This document shows positions 10,123-18,540 of a DNA stretch of 64,000 bases, in pieces. The notes under the pieces were generated by a model. It ran no database searches and was not told where the DNA came from. It saw only the letters and a list, made by a program, of their open reading frames with translations. The DNA is taken from positions 10,130-74,129 of the forward strand of contig CANQFY010000001.1 in NCBI GenBank assembly GCA_947600025.1, written 5' to 3'. The DNA is from an uncultured Oscillospiraceae bacterium. Its GTDB lineage: Bacteria; Bacillota; Clostridia; Oscillospirales; Oscillospiraceae. Every line of letters starts with the position of its first letter. Within the stretch, counting starts at the first letter, position 1. The position numbers and the translations under genes are program-made.

Positions 10123-10842
10123 TTAGCCTCTGGCGGAAGCCTTCTGGGGATTACGTCCGGAAGCCTTCTGCGGGTTCTTGCTGATGCCGGTCTCGGCGGA
10201 CTTGACCTTGTTGTGCTTGACGGTGTTGCGGATGTAGACCAATCCGCCCTTGGGTCCGGGAATGGCGCCCCGCAGGACGATCATGTTCAGCTCCGGATCC
10301 ACCTTCACCACGTCCAGGTTCTCGATGGTGACCTGCTCCACGCCCATCTGGCCGGCGCCGATCTTGCCCGGGAAAATCCGGGACTGGTGAGAGGAAGCGC
10401 CCATGGAGCCGGCGTGACGGTGGACAGGGCCGCCGCCGTGGGTCATGGGGGTCCGGCCGGCGCCGTGGCGCTTCACAACGCCCTGGTAGCCGTGGCCCTT
10501 GGAGATCCCGGTGACGTCCACCTTGTCCCCAGCGGCGAAGGTGTCGGCCTTCACCACATCGCCCACGTTCATTTCGCCGGCCTTCTCCAACTTAAATTCC
10601 TTCAGATGCTTCTTGGGGGACACGCCCGCCTTCTTCAGGTGGCCGGCCTCCGGCTTGGTCAGCTTGGACTCCTTCACATCCTCGAAGCCCAGCTGGACGG
10701 CCACATAGCCGTCGGTCTCCATGGTCTTCTTCTGAGTGACGACGCAGGGACCGGCCTCGATAACCGTGACCGGGATCACCTTGCCGCTCTCATCGAAGAT
10801 CTGGGTCATGCCCACTTTCTTGCCGATGATTGCTTTTTGCAT
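10123..10842 (-). CDS. rplC: 50S ribosomal protein uL3 with a short repeated C-terminal tail
   Basis: 239-aa ORF starting [16 protein letters not shown]. The tail reads [17 protein letters not shown], encoded by a 24-bp tandem repeat. Confidence 0.96.
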   Translation of the reverse strand: MQKAIIGKKVGMTQIFDESGKVIPVTVIEAGPCVVTQKKTMETDGYVAVQLGFEDVKESKLTKPEAGHLKKAGVSPKKHLKEFKLEKAGEMNVGDVVKADTFAAGDKVDVTGISKGHGYQGVVKRHGAGRTPMTHGGGPVHRHAGSMGASSHQSRIFPGKIGAGQMGVEQVTIENLDVVKVDPELNMIVLRGAIPGPKGGLVYIRNTVKHNKVKSAETGISKNPQKASGRNPQKASARG

Positions 10843-10967
10843 GGTTTCTACTCCTTTTTAATAGGTTATTGGTTGACTTGGGAGCATTGGCTCTCCCTTG
10901 CCAACATGACCCGTCCGCCCGATGAAAGACAGTGCGGGCAGCTCGCGATCCTCCTGACGGGGGAAGA

Positions 10968-11279
10968 TCACAGCTTTATCTCAATCTCAACGCCAGCCGG
11001 AAGATCCAGGCTCATCAGGGCCTCAACGGTCTTCTGATTGGGGTTGAGAATATCGATCAGACGTTTATGGGTTCTGCGCTCGAACTGCTCCCGGCTGTCC
11101 TTATTCACATGGGGGGACCGGAGAATGGTGACGATCTCCTTCTTGGTGGGCAGCGGGATGGGGCCGGAGACGGCGGCGCCGTTGCGCTTGGCGGTCTCCA
11201 CGATCTTGACCGCGCTGGAGTCGATCAGCTGATGATCGTAGGCCTTCAGCCGGATGCGGATCTTTTCCTGGTTTGCCAT
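10968..11279 (-). CDS. rpsJ: 30S ribosomal protein uS10
   Basis: 103-aa ORF ([13 protein letters not shown]), first gene of the S10 operon. Confidence 0.98.
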   Translation of the reverse strand: MANQEKIRIRLKAYDHQLIDSSAVKIVETAKRNGAAVSGPIPLPTKKEIVTILRSPHVNKDSREQFERRTHKRLIDILNPNQKTVEALMSLDLPAGVEIEIKL

Positions 11280-11379
11280 GGTTGTTTTCCTCCTTGAAAA
11301 ACGTACTCAGTTTTTTGGATCCTGGGTACGGATGAGCATCTTTTTGTTCACGCCGCCGTGCGTATCACTCCGGACCATG

Positions 11380-11404
11380 AAAAATGGCCGACGCAAGGCC
11401 GGCC
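11380..11404 (-). promoter_or_regulatory. Terminator-like hairpin (GGCCG-7-CGGCC followed by AUUUUU) inside the S10 operon leader; candidate attenuator
   Basis: Read directly on the minus strand, about 100 nt upstream of the rpsJ start. Confidence 0.35.
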
Positions 11405-11549
11405 CTTCCTGCCTCCGGCGATATACGCCAGCGCGAACAGGATCGCTCAGCCGCCCGATGACCGGACATACTCCGCGGAAGTTACCGCCTTCCGGCGCAA
11501 TCTCCCGCATCATCGCAGTTGCATGGGGTTTACCCGCGCATGCCTGAAT

Positions 11550-11578
11550 ATGTTAACACGCACGGCGCCGTTTGTCAA
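11550..11578 (-). promoter_or_regulatory. Candidate sigma-A promoter of the S10 operon
   Basis: Minus-strand TTGACA, 17 nt spacer, TAACAT. Implies a ~260 nt 5' UTR. Confidence 0.55.
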
Positions 11579-11665
11579 GCCATTTTTTTGAAATAAATAC
11601 ATTTTTTCATTGGATGTATTCCCGCGGGGGACAGGGAAAGGGCCGCCGGAGGGCGGCCCAGTTGT

Positions 11666-12322
11666 TCATCCCAGACTGAAGAAGTCTGCCGGATCCGTCG
11701 GCGTACCGTCGCGGGTGACGCTGAAATGGACGTGGTCCCCCAGAGCCGATTCCAGCAGAGCGGACTGGCCCACATAGCCGATGGTCTGGCCCATGGCGAC
11801 CGCGTCCCCGGCCTTCACCGCCACATTCTCCGAAAGGCTGGAATACCGGGTGACATAGCCATCGGCGTGGGTGATGACCACGGTGGCGCCCATGGTATCG
11901 TCGGTGTAGACCTCGGTAACGGTGCCGTCGGCGGCAGCCTTCACGGCAGACCCGGCGCCGGCGGCAATGTCCACGCCGTTGTGAACCCGCCAGTCACGGG
12001 TGGTCTGGTTGTAGCTCAGGCAGTCCATGGCGTACTCCGCCACGGTCTCCCCCTCCAGGGGTGCGGCGGTTTGCAGCGCCTTCTTCGCCGGCGCGGACGG
12101 CTGCGTGGGCTTGGTGGGCTGGGTGACCGGCGGCTTGGTGGCGATGACCGGCACATCCTGCTGGGACTGGTTGGTGGCGGACACAGAGGCGTCCGGCTCC
12201 TGATTGGGGTGGGTTGCGTTCCGGTAGTACAAATAGCCAGAGATCCCGATTGCGGCGGCGCACAGGATCAGGGCTATGTAGTAGCCCTTCCCGTTGAAAC
12301 CGCCAGATTTTTGGTTGTTCAT
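11666..12322 (-). CDS. M23 (LytM) family metallopeptidase, membrane-anchored
   Basis: N-terminal transmembrane segment, Pro/Thr linker, and a C-terminal core (HNGVDIAA...GQTIGYVG...HVHF). Confidence 0.85.
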   Translation of the reverse strand: MNNQKSGGFNGKGYYIALILCAAAIGISGYLYYRNATHPNQEPDASVSATNQSQQDVPVIATKPPVTQPTKPTQPSAPAKKALQTAAPLEGETVAEYAMDCLSYNQTTRDWRVHNGVDIAAGAGSAVKAAADGTVTEVYTDDTMGATVVITHADGYVTRYSSLSENVAVKAGDAVAMGQTIGYVGQSALLESALGDHVHFSVTRDGTPTDPADFFSLG

Positions 12323-12391
12323 TGGTTAATAGCACCTCCGAAGTTAAGTATTGCCATTTTTTCGGAGACTATACAGAAAACTTTTACCAGC

Positions 12392-12862
12392 TTAGGCGGT
12401 TTCTTCCTCCTCGTCGTCCAGCTTGGCCCGGCGCTTCCGGTAGACTGCCCGCAGAATTTCCAGCGCCCCCAGGCAGCCAAGATAGCACACCCCCGCGAAG
12501 GCCAGGGCGACAACCGCCACTTCAAAAGTCAGGGGGCGCTTCAGCACCGCCAGCACCCGGATCAGCAGGATTGCCCCGCAGGCCGCCGCCGGGATCAGGC
12601 TCACCAGGGCGTTGGCCCGGAGGGTGGGGGCCGGACCGCCCTTATTCCAGATGCCGTTCCGCACAGTGGCGAACACCAGGTAGGCGGAACTGATCAGCAG
12701 CACGATCCCCTCCCCGGCGATCTGCCTCAGGTCCGCCCCCAGCACCGCCTGGATCACCACCGCCGCGCCGCTGGCCCAGAAGGTCAGCCAGAAGCCGATC
12801 TCCTCGATCTGAAAGAGCCTGCGCTCCTGCATTTCGTCAATATTATACTTTTGATCCTTCAT
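12392..12862 (-). CDS. Small multi-pass membrane protein paired with the XRE regulator
   Basis: Four predicted hydrophobic helices. I prefer the ATG at 12860-12862, preceded by GAGGAGG, which overlaps the XRE gene end. Confidence 0.6.
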   Translation of the reverse strand: MKDQKYNIDEMQERRLFQIEEIGFWLTFWASGAAVVIQAVLGADLRQIAGEGIVLLISSAYLVFATVRNGIWNKGGPAPTLRANALVSLIPAAACGAILLIRVLAVLKRPLTFEVAVVALAFAGVCYLGCLGALEILRAVYRKRRAKLDDEEEETA

Positions 12863-13073
12863 GTTCTTCCTCCTCACCAAACAATTCGTCCAACGATTTT
12901 CCCAGCACCTTGCAGATGGCCCGGCACAGCCGGATGGTGGGGTTGTAGTCCCCCTGCTCGATGGCGTTCATGGTCTGCCGGGAGACCCCCACCGCCTCGG
13001 CCAGGGCCTTCTGGGTCATGTCCCGCTCGGCCCGGGCCGCCTTGATTCTCAGATTGCGTCCGATCGGTATCAC
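12843..13073 (-). CDS. XRE-family helix-turn-helix transcriptional regulator
   Basis: 76-aa ORF containing MTQKALAEAVGVSRQTMNAIEQG, a typical HTH_3 motif. Confidence 0.9.
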   Translation of the reverse strand: MIPIGRNLRIKAARAERDMTQKALAEAVGVSRQTMNAIEQGDYNPTIRLCRAICKVLGKSLDELFGEEEEHEGSKV

Positions 13074-13199
13074 CTCCCTGGGCGTATAGTATCATATATC
13101 CGATATAATGTCAAGTATATTTTACATATTGCCCAAAAAATTTTCCCCCGAGGGACCGGGGGAAAATCGTAGATGTTCATTTCAGGGGGCTTTGCGCCC

Positions 13200-15206
13200 T
13201 CACTCCTTCAGCCGCCCTTCGGCGTCAAAGGTGTAGTCCTTTCCGTCAATGGTGGCGGTCTGGTCTTTGATGTAGGTGCCGTCCTCCTGGCGGTAGCGCC
13301 AGCCCTCGCCGTCGTACATCCAGCACCGGCAGGACACGCCCGGCTCCATAAAATTGGTCAAGCCCAGATTTTCCCGGGCGTCGTTGTCCTGGAAGTGCCA
13401 CCACTCCGACCGCAGGCCTCCAAAGCCGGCGGCGTCCATGATGATCGCCAGCAGGCCGGCGTTCTGGTTGTTCTGCTGCAGCTCCGAGTACCAGCTCAGA
13501 TCGTGCATCCGGGTCTGCATTTTCAGCTCCTCCCCGGTCTCCAGGTCCACCAGGGTCAGATCCATGGCGATCCCCAGGTTGTGGGTGGAACCGCCGGCGG
13601 CCAGGAAGTTGGCCAGATCATACCGCCCGTCGGTCATCAGCCCTTGGTAGGTGGTCCCGGGGGCGACCTCCACCGTCTCGCCGGTGTTGGTCTGCTCCGG
13701 CAGGGGCTCAAAGTAGGACAGCTCTGCCAGGTCAAAAATGGAGACCGTGGCCATCCGGGGCCGGTAGGCGTCGTAGATGCGGATGATGTACCCCTCCCGC
13801 TTGGCCAGCTGGGCGGCCTGCTCCAGCTTCTGGGCCGTGGGATAGAGCAGGGGCACCAGGAAGCTGCCGTCCGCCAGCTGGATATGCTCATAGCCGGCCA
13901 CCACCGTGTCCGTCACCTCAGGGATGGCGTACTCATGGACCATGTACAGCGCCTGATAGCTGTTGACAATGTCGTACTGGCACAGATCTCCCAAAAATTC
14001 CGTCAGGTTGATCATGCAGTAGTTGCAGTCGATGTAGCCGTAGCCGTCCCCAAAGCGGATCTGGAACATCCCTTCCTCCCGGTCCAGGACGCAATAGGCC
14101 GTGGCCTGGGGGGCCGTGCCGATCACCTGATGCCGTCCCGGGGTATCGTAGACCTTCAGATCCTGCACCGGCCAAATGGTGGAGCCCACCGGCGAATAGC
14201 CGGTGAGGGCCGCGGCGTAGCCCGGCTCGGCGGCGTACTCGCTGTCCGGCAGGGTCTTGCCGCCCAGGGCCAGCACTTCAAATTCATAGTTGGTGTTCTG
14301 GGGCAGGTAGCCGGTGACGTACTGCCGCTCCTCCCCCCGGGGGATCTCCGCCACGGTGCGCCAGTCTTCCTCCCCCTCCATGCGCATCCGCACCTGGTAG
14401 CGTTCGCCCTTGGTCTCGTTCCAGGTCAGCAGGTAGCGGTTGTTGCCCAGATCCTGGCAGGCCACCGCCAGCTTGGTGCCCAGCAGGTCCTCCCGGTCCA
14501 GGGTAGGGCCGTCGGTCATGGGCCCCTGGAAAACCAGGTTCCGGGTGGTCCGGCAGACGGCGCTGCGGATCCGGTATTCCTTCCCGTAGGAGAGCAGGGG
14601 CAGCTCTCCGCCGGTGCCGTAGGTATAGGTGGTCTGGCCGGCGGTCAGCTCCCGGGCGGCGGGAGCTTCCTCCCCCTCCGGGATCATCTCCAACCGGCAG
14701 GTCTCGTTTTCCCCCACACTGACGAACACTTCCAAAGTCTTCCGGGTGGGGTTGGCCTCCCAAGTCACGTTTGAGGCCGTGGGGGGTGTGAACACCCCGG
14801 TGACAGACAGGGCCTCGTCGCCAAAGCGCACCAGATCCTTCCTGCCCAGCATATCATATCGGCGGCCGGACTGGACCTGAATGGTGTATTCCCGGTCCCC
14901 CAGGGGAGGCAGAACGCAGGTCCGGTCGGTCTCCGCCAGGATGGAGTAGATCTCCTCCTCCCCCCGCAGCACCTGAATATAATAGAACTGGGCCTTTTCC
15001 CCCTCCGGCCAGGACAGCTCCAGATACCCGTCCTCCAGGGTGTTCAGGGTCAGCACCCCGTCCTGGGGCATGGTGTTCCACGCAAGGTCATAGGGCCGCT
15101 CCCCTGTCAGGTACACGGTGGCCACAATGGCGCCGGCGGCAGCCAACAGAATCACCAGGAGAACGATCCCAATGACGATCCACTTCCGTCTGCCTTCCTT
15201 CTTCAT
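13200..15206 (-). CDS. Membrane-anchored multidomain M15 (VanX-like D-Ala-D-Ala dipeptidase) protein
   Basis: N-terminal transmembrane segment and Fn3/Ig-like repeats. An SH3-like segment precedes the motifs STHNLGIAMD and EWWHF. The protein ends in a cell-wall-binding-type repeat (GWRYRQEDGTYIKDQTATIDGKDYTFDAEG). Confidence 0.8.
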   Translation of the reverse strand: MKKEGRRKWIVIGIVLLVILLAAAGAIVATVYLTGERPYDLAWNTMPQDGVLTLNTLEDGYLELSWPEGEKAQFYYIQVLRGEEEIYSILAETDRTCVLPPLGDREYTIQVQSGRRYDMLGRKDLVRFGDEALSVTGVFTPPTASNVTWEANPTRKTLEVFVSVGENETCRLEMIPEGEEAPAARELTAGQTTYTYGTGGELPLLSYGKEYRIRSAVCRTTRNLVFQGPMTDGPTLDREDLLGTKLAVACQDLGNNRYLLTWNETKGERYQVRMRMEGEEDWRTVAEIPRGEERQYVTGYLPQNTNYEFEVLALGGKTLPDSEYAAEPGYAAALTGYSPVGSTIWPVQDLKVYDTPGRHQVIGTAPQATAYCVLDREEGMFQIRFGDGYGYIDCNYCMINLTEFLGDLCQYDIVNSYQALYMVHEYAIPEVTDTVVAGYEHIQLADGSFLVPLLYPTAQKLEQAAQLAKREGYIIRIYDAYRPRMATVSIFDLAELSYFEPLPEQTNTGETVEVAPGTTYQGLMTDGRYDLANFLAAGGSTHNLGIAMDLTLVDLETGEELKMQTRMHDLSWYSELQQNNQNAGLLAIIMDAAGFGGLRSEWWHFQDNDARENLGLTNFMEPGVSCRCWMYDGEGWRYRQEDGTYIKDQTATIDGKDYTFDAEGRLKE

Positions 15207-15300
15207 ACCTCTCCGCTCCTTCCGGTGGCGCGGGCCCGTTCCGGTTGGTCAGTGCCGGAACACAGGGGGGACACCGCGCCCAAAATCGATCAGCCTTCCT

Positions 15301-15759
15301 CTACCCGCTGAAGCTTCCTTCTTCTACCCAGCGGACGATCTCCGTGTCGCCCTCCCGGTAGGTCTCCACATAAAATCCATCGTACTGCAGGATGCCGTCT
15401 TTACCATCCCCCAAACAACTCGGAGCGTAGTCCCAAGTCATGGGCTCGCCGATCAGGGCGATCAGCTCCTCCACGGTCTTATCGATGCAGCTCTGGGCCT
15501 TGGCCAGCAGCTCCTGGTCCACGCCGGAGACAGTGGTGGGCGCTTCCGTGGCCTCCTGAGTGGGCTCCTGGGTCGGGGCCTGGGTGGAGATCGCCGGCTC
15601 CGCCGCGGCGGTGGTCTCCGGGGGCTGGGCGGCCTTGCCGGTAGTGGTCTGGTCGGCGCTCGTCTGGGCGGGCTGGCCCTGGGTCTCCTGGGGATGGGCG
15701 GGCCCACAGGCGGCCAGCAGCAGCGCCAGCGCCAGGGCCAAAACAACTAATTTTTTCAT
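15301..15759 (-). CDS. Putative lipoprotein
   Basis: Lipobox (MKKLVVLALALALLLAACG) followed by a low-complexity Thr/Pro/Ala/Gln linker. Confidence 0.7.
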   Translation of the reverse strand: MKKLVVLALALALLLAACGPAHPQETQGQPAQTSADQTTTGKAAQPPETTAAAEPAISTQAPTQEPTQEATEAPTTVSGVDQELLAKAQSCIDKTVEELIALIGEPMTWDYAPSCLGDGKDGILQYDGFYVETYREGDTEIVRWVEEGSFSG

Positions 15760-15780
15760 ACCGATTTCCTTTCTATATTT

Positions 15781-17112
15781 TCATTCTGAGATGGAAAAGA
15801 CTTGTATTTGCCCACCCAGGGTGCAGGCCACCGCCGTGGCCAGCTCCTCCGCCGGAACATAGGCGCCGTAGCCCCCGTTTTCCAGCCGGAACACCTGGTA
15901 GGCCTTCCCGCCGCAGATCAGATAGGCCGCTCCCGGCTCCGCCCCCTCGGGCAGGACGCCCCGAACCAGGGTCAGGCCCTCCGGCGCGCCGTTGGCGTTG
16001 TAGGAGGGGGTTTCCGCCTGGCCGGAGGCCCCGGGAAGGGTCACATCCCGGACCGGCGCGGGCATTTTGGGCACATAACTCACCAGATAGTGTAAATTCC
16101 GCTCCACCAGCTCGATCAGGACCTTCTCCCCGGGCAGGGTCAGGTCGTAGCTCACCGACCGGGAGAACCGGGCCGAGGCGAAGCTGTTCGCCAGGTAGGG
16201 GTGCAGATCGTTTCCGAAGGAGTCCCGATAGGCCAGCAGGCTGCCGGTCCCCGGCCCCAGGGTGACGATGGTGATGCTGTCCGGCTTGTCGCCGAAGGCC
16301 GGGTCGTAGGTGAAGGTCAGCGCCCCGGCGTAGACCGGGCCGGTCTCCCCGTCGGAAAAAGCCTGGGACGGATAGAGCATCTCATACAGGTCCCCCCGGT
16401 GGGGGCCGGTATCGAAGGGCCCGGAATAGTAATCGCTCTCCAGACCGAAGGCGGCGTTGACGGCGTCCGCCGCCAGGGCCGCGCCCTTGGGATTCCAGTG
16501 AGAATCGTGGGCATAGTAGAGGACCTCCTGCTCCCCGTCAAACAGGGCATACAGGTCCAGATAAGGCACCTGCTTTTCCTCCAGCAGGGCAAAGAGCCGG
16601 TCAATATCCCGCTCCTGGGCCACGGCGCCGTAGCTTGGCATCCAGGCGGGGTACAGGGAATTTTTGTTGGGCGCGGCGCAGAACAGGAACTGCCGCCCGT
16701 TTTCGGCGCAGTACCGGGCCATGAGGGCCAGGTTTTCCGCCGCGTTTTCCAGCTCCGGCCCCAGGGAGGCGGTGCCGGTGTAGCCCTCCAGGGTGGGGGC
16801 GTAGTAGAGCCATCCTTCCCGGCCCACGATCACGTCTTCGGCGCCGGAGACGCCGAAAATGTTAGCCGAGAGCCAATCATTCAGGCTGATCAGCTCCTTG
16901 CGCAGATAGAAGTGGTCCGCGAGATACGCCGCCCCGTCGGACAGCACCTCCTGATTAAAGGCCCCGTCCCGGTCCAAGACCTTGGGCGGCTGGGCCAGGA
17001 TCTCGTTGGCGCCGGCGGTGGAGGGGCCGAACAGGAGCATCCCCAGGCTCAGCGTCAGCGTCATGGCGAAAAAGCCCAGCAAAAACAGCCAATTGAAGAA
17101 TTTCTTTCCCAT
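15781..17112 (-). CDS. DHHW-family protein (SGNH/AlgX-like partner of MBOAT)
   Basis: N-terminal transmembrane segment and the motif YYAHDSHWNPKGA. Sits immediately downstream of the MBOAT gene. Confidence 0.8.
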   Translation of the reverse strand: MGKKFFNWLFLLGFFAMTLTLSLGMLLFGPSTAGANEILAQPPKVLDRDGAFNQEVLSDGAAYLADHFYLRKELISLNDWLSANIFGVSGAEDVIVGREGWLYYAPTLEGYTGTASLGPELENAAENLALMARYCAENGRQFLFCAAPNKNSLYPAWMPSYGAVAQERDIDRLFALLEEKQVPYLDLYALFDGEQEVLYYAHDSHWNPKGAALAADAVNAAFGLESDYYSGPFDTGPHRGDLYEMLYPSQAFSDGETGPVYAGALTFTYDPAFGDKPDSITIVTLGPGTGSLLAYRDSFGNDLHPYLANSFASARFSRSVSYDLTLPGEKVLIELVERNLHYLVSYVPKMPAPVRDVTLPGASGQAETPSYNANGAPEGLTLVRGVLPEGAEPGAAYLICGGKAYQVFRLENGGYGAYVPAEELATAVACTLGGQIQVFSISE

Positions 17113-17121
17113 TTCAGACCT

Positions 17122-18513
17122 CTAAAACTGGACGTAGATAAACGGCGCGAAATCCCCCGCCGCCAGCTTTCCCAGGCACAGGAGCAGCAAAATCAGGCAG
17201 GCGGCGCACTCCAAAGCGGGCCGGGCCCGGCCCAGCTTCTCCCGAAGCCAGGGCCACACCGGGGTGGACAGCACCGCCCCCAGGCACAAAACGAACAGGC
17301 ACTCCGGGTTTGCCAGCCGGGCCAAGGTCACGGTGCCGGCGGCGGTGAAGGAGAAGCCGGTGAACAGGGCCGCCACCATTTGGAAGCCCTGGACCAGGCT
17401 CTCCGCCCGGAAGAAGACGAAGCCCAGCAGCACCACCAGCAGGGTGTAGACATGACAGACGATTTTCCCCCCTCGGGACTGGGACAGCTTCCTGGTGTCG
17501 ATCCACCGGAGGCTCTCCAGAGCGGAAAAGATCCCGTGCCACACGCCCCAGGCCAGGAAGGTCCAGGCCGCCCCGTGCCACAGTCCGCACAGGGCGAAGA
17601 CCAGGAATTTATTCCAGGCGGTACGGCCCTTCCCCTTCCGGTTGCCGCCCAAGGGGATATAGACATAGTCCCGGAACCAGGAGGAGAGGCTGATGTGCCA
17701 CCGCCGCCAAAATTCCGTCACCGAGGCGGAAATATAGGGGTAGTTGAAATTTTCCGGGGTCTGGAACCCAAAGAACTGCCCCAGGCCGATGGCCATGTCG
17801 GAATAGCCGGAAAAATCAAAGTAAATCTGGATCAGGTAGGCACTCGCGCCCAGCCAGGCCAGCCGCATATCCGGGGCGGCCAAGGCGAACACGCCATCCA
17901 CCGCCTTGGCGGCGATCCCGGCCAGGATCAGCTTCTTGCCCATGCCCGCCACGAACCGCCGCAGGCCCCCGGCGCACAGCTCCAGGGTGCAGCGCCGCCC
18001 CTTGAGCTGCCGAGAAAAATCGTCGAACCGGGTGATGGGCCCCGCCGCGATCTGGGGGAAGAAGGAGATATACAGCAGCAGCGCCGGGAAGCTCCGGGTG
18101 GCTTTACTCCGGTCCCGGTATGCGTCTACCAGATAGCTGACGCATTTAAAGGTAAAGAAGGACACCCCCAGCGGGGCCGCCAGCCCCAGGGTCGGGACGG
18201 CCAGCCAAGGGGAGAGGGAGCTTAGCAGGAAGTCCAGGTACTTGTACGCTCCCAAAAAGGCCAGATTCCCCACCACGCCCAGGATCAGGGGCAGTTTTCC
18301 CAGCTTCCCGCTCCGGATCAGCAGCCCCAGCAAATAGTTGACCAGGGCCACCAGGAGCAGCAGCGCCACCCCGGGCAGACTGCCGAAGGCATAGAAAAGC
18401 AGCCCCGCCGCCAGCAGGACCCAATTTTTCCCCCGCTCCCAGGGGATTAAAAAGTAGAGCGCTGCCGTCACAGGCAGCAGGCAGCTGATCAGTCCAATGC
18501 TTTCCAGGCTCAA
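17122..18513 (-). CDS. MBOAT-family membrane-bound O-acyltransferase (AlgI/DltB-like)
   Basis: 463-aa polytopic ORF with the signature FWRRWHISLSSWFRDYVYIPLGGNRKG. Confidence 0.9.
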   Translation of the reverse strand: MSLESIGLISCLLPVTAALYFLIPWERGKNWVLLAAGLLFYAFGSLPGVALLLLVALVNYLLGLLIRSGKLGKLPLILGVVGNLAFLGAYKYLDFLLSSLSPWLAVPTLGLAAPLGVSFFTFKCVSYLVDAYRDRSKATRSFPALLLYISFFPQIAAGPITRFDDFSRQLKGRRCTLELCAGGLRRFVAGMGKKLILAGIAAKAVDGVFALAAPDMRLAWLGASAYLIQIYFDFSGYSDMAIGLGQFFGFQTPENFNYPYISASVTEFWRRWHISLSSWFRDYVYIPLGGNRKGKGRTAWNKFLVFALCGLWHGAAWTFLAWGVWHGIFSALESLRWIDTRKLSQSRGGKIVCHVYTLLVVLLGFVFFRAESLVQGFQMVAALFTGFSFTAAGTVTLARLANPECLFVLCLGAVLSTPVWPWLREKLGRARPALECAACLILLLLCLGKLAAGDFAPFIYVQF

Positions 18514-18540
18514 GGCAGTGTCCTCAAATTCCGGCGTCCG

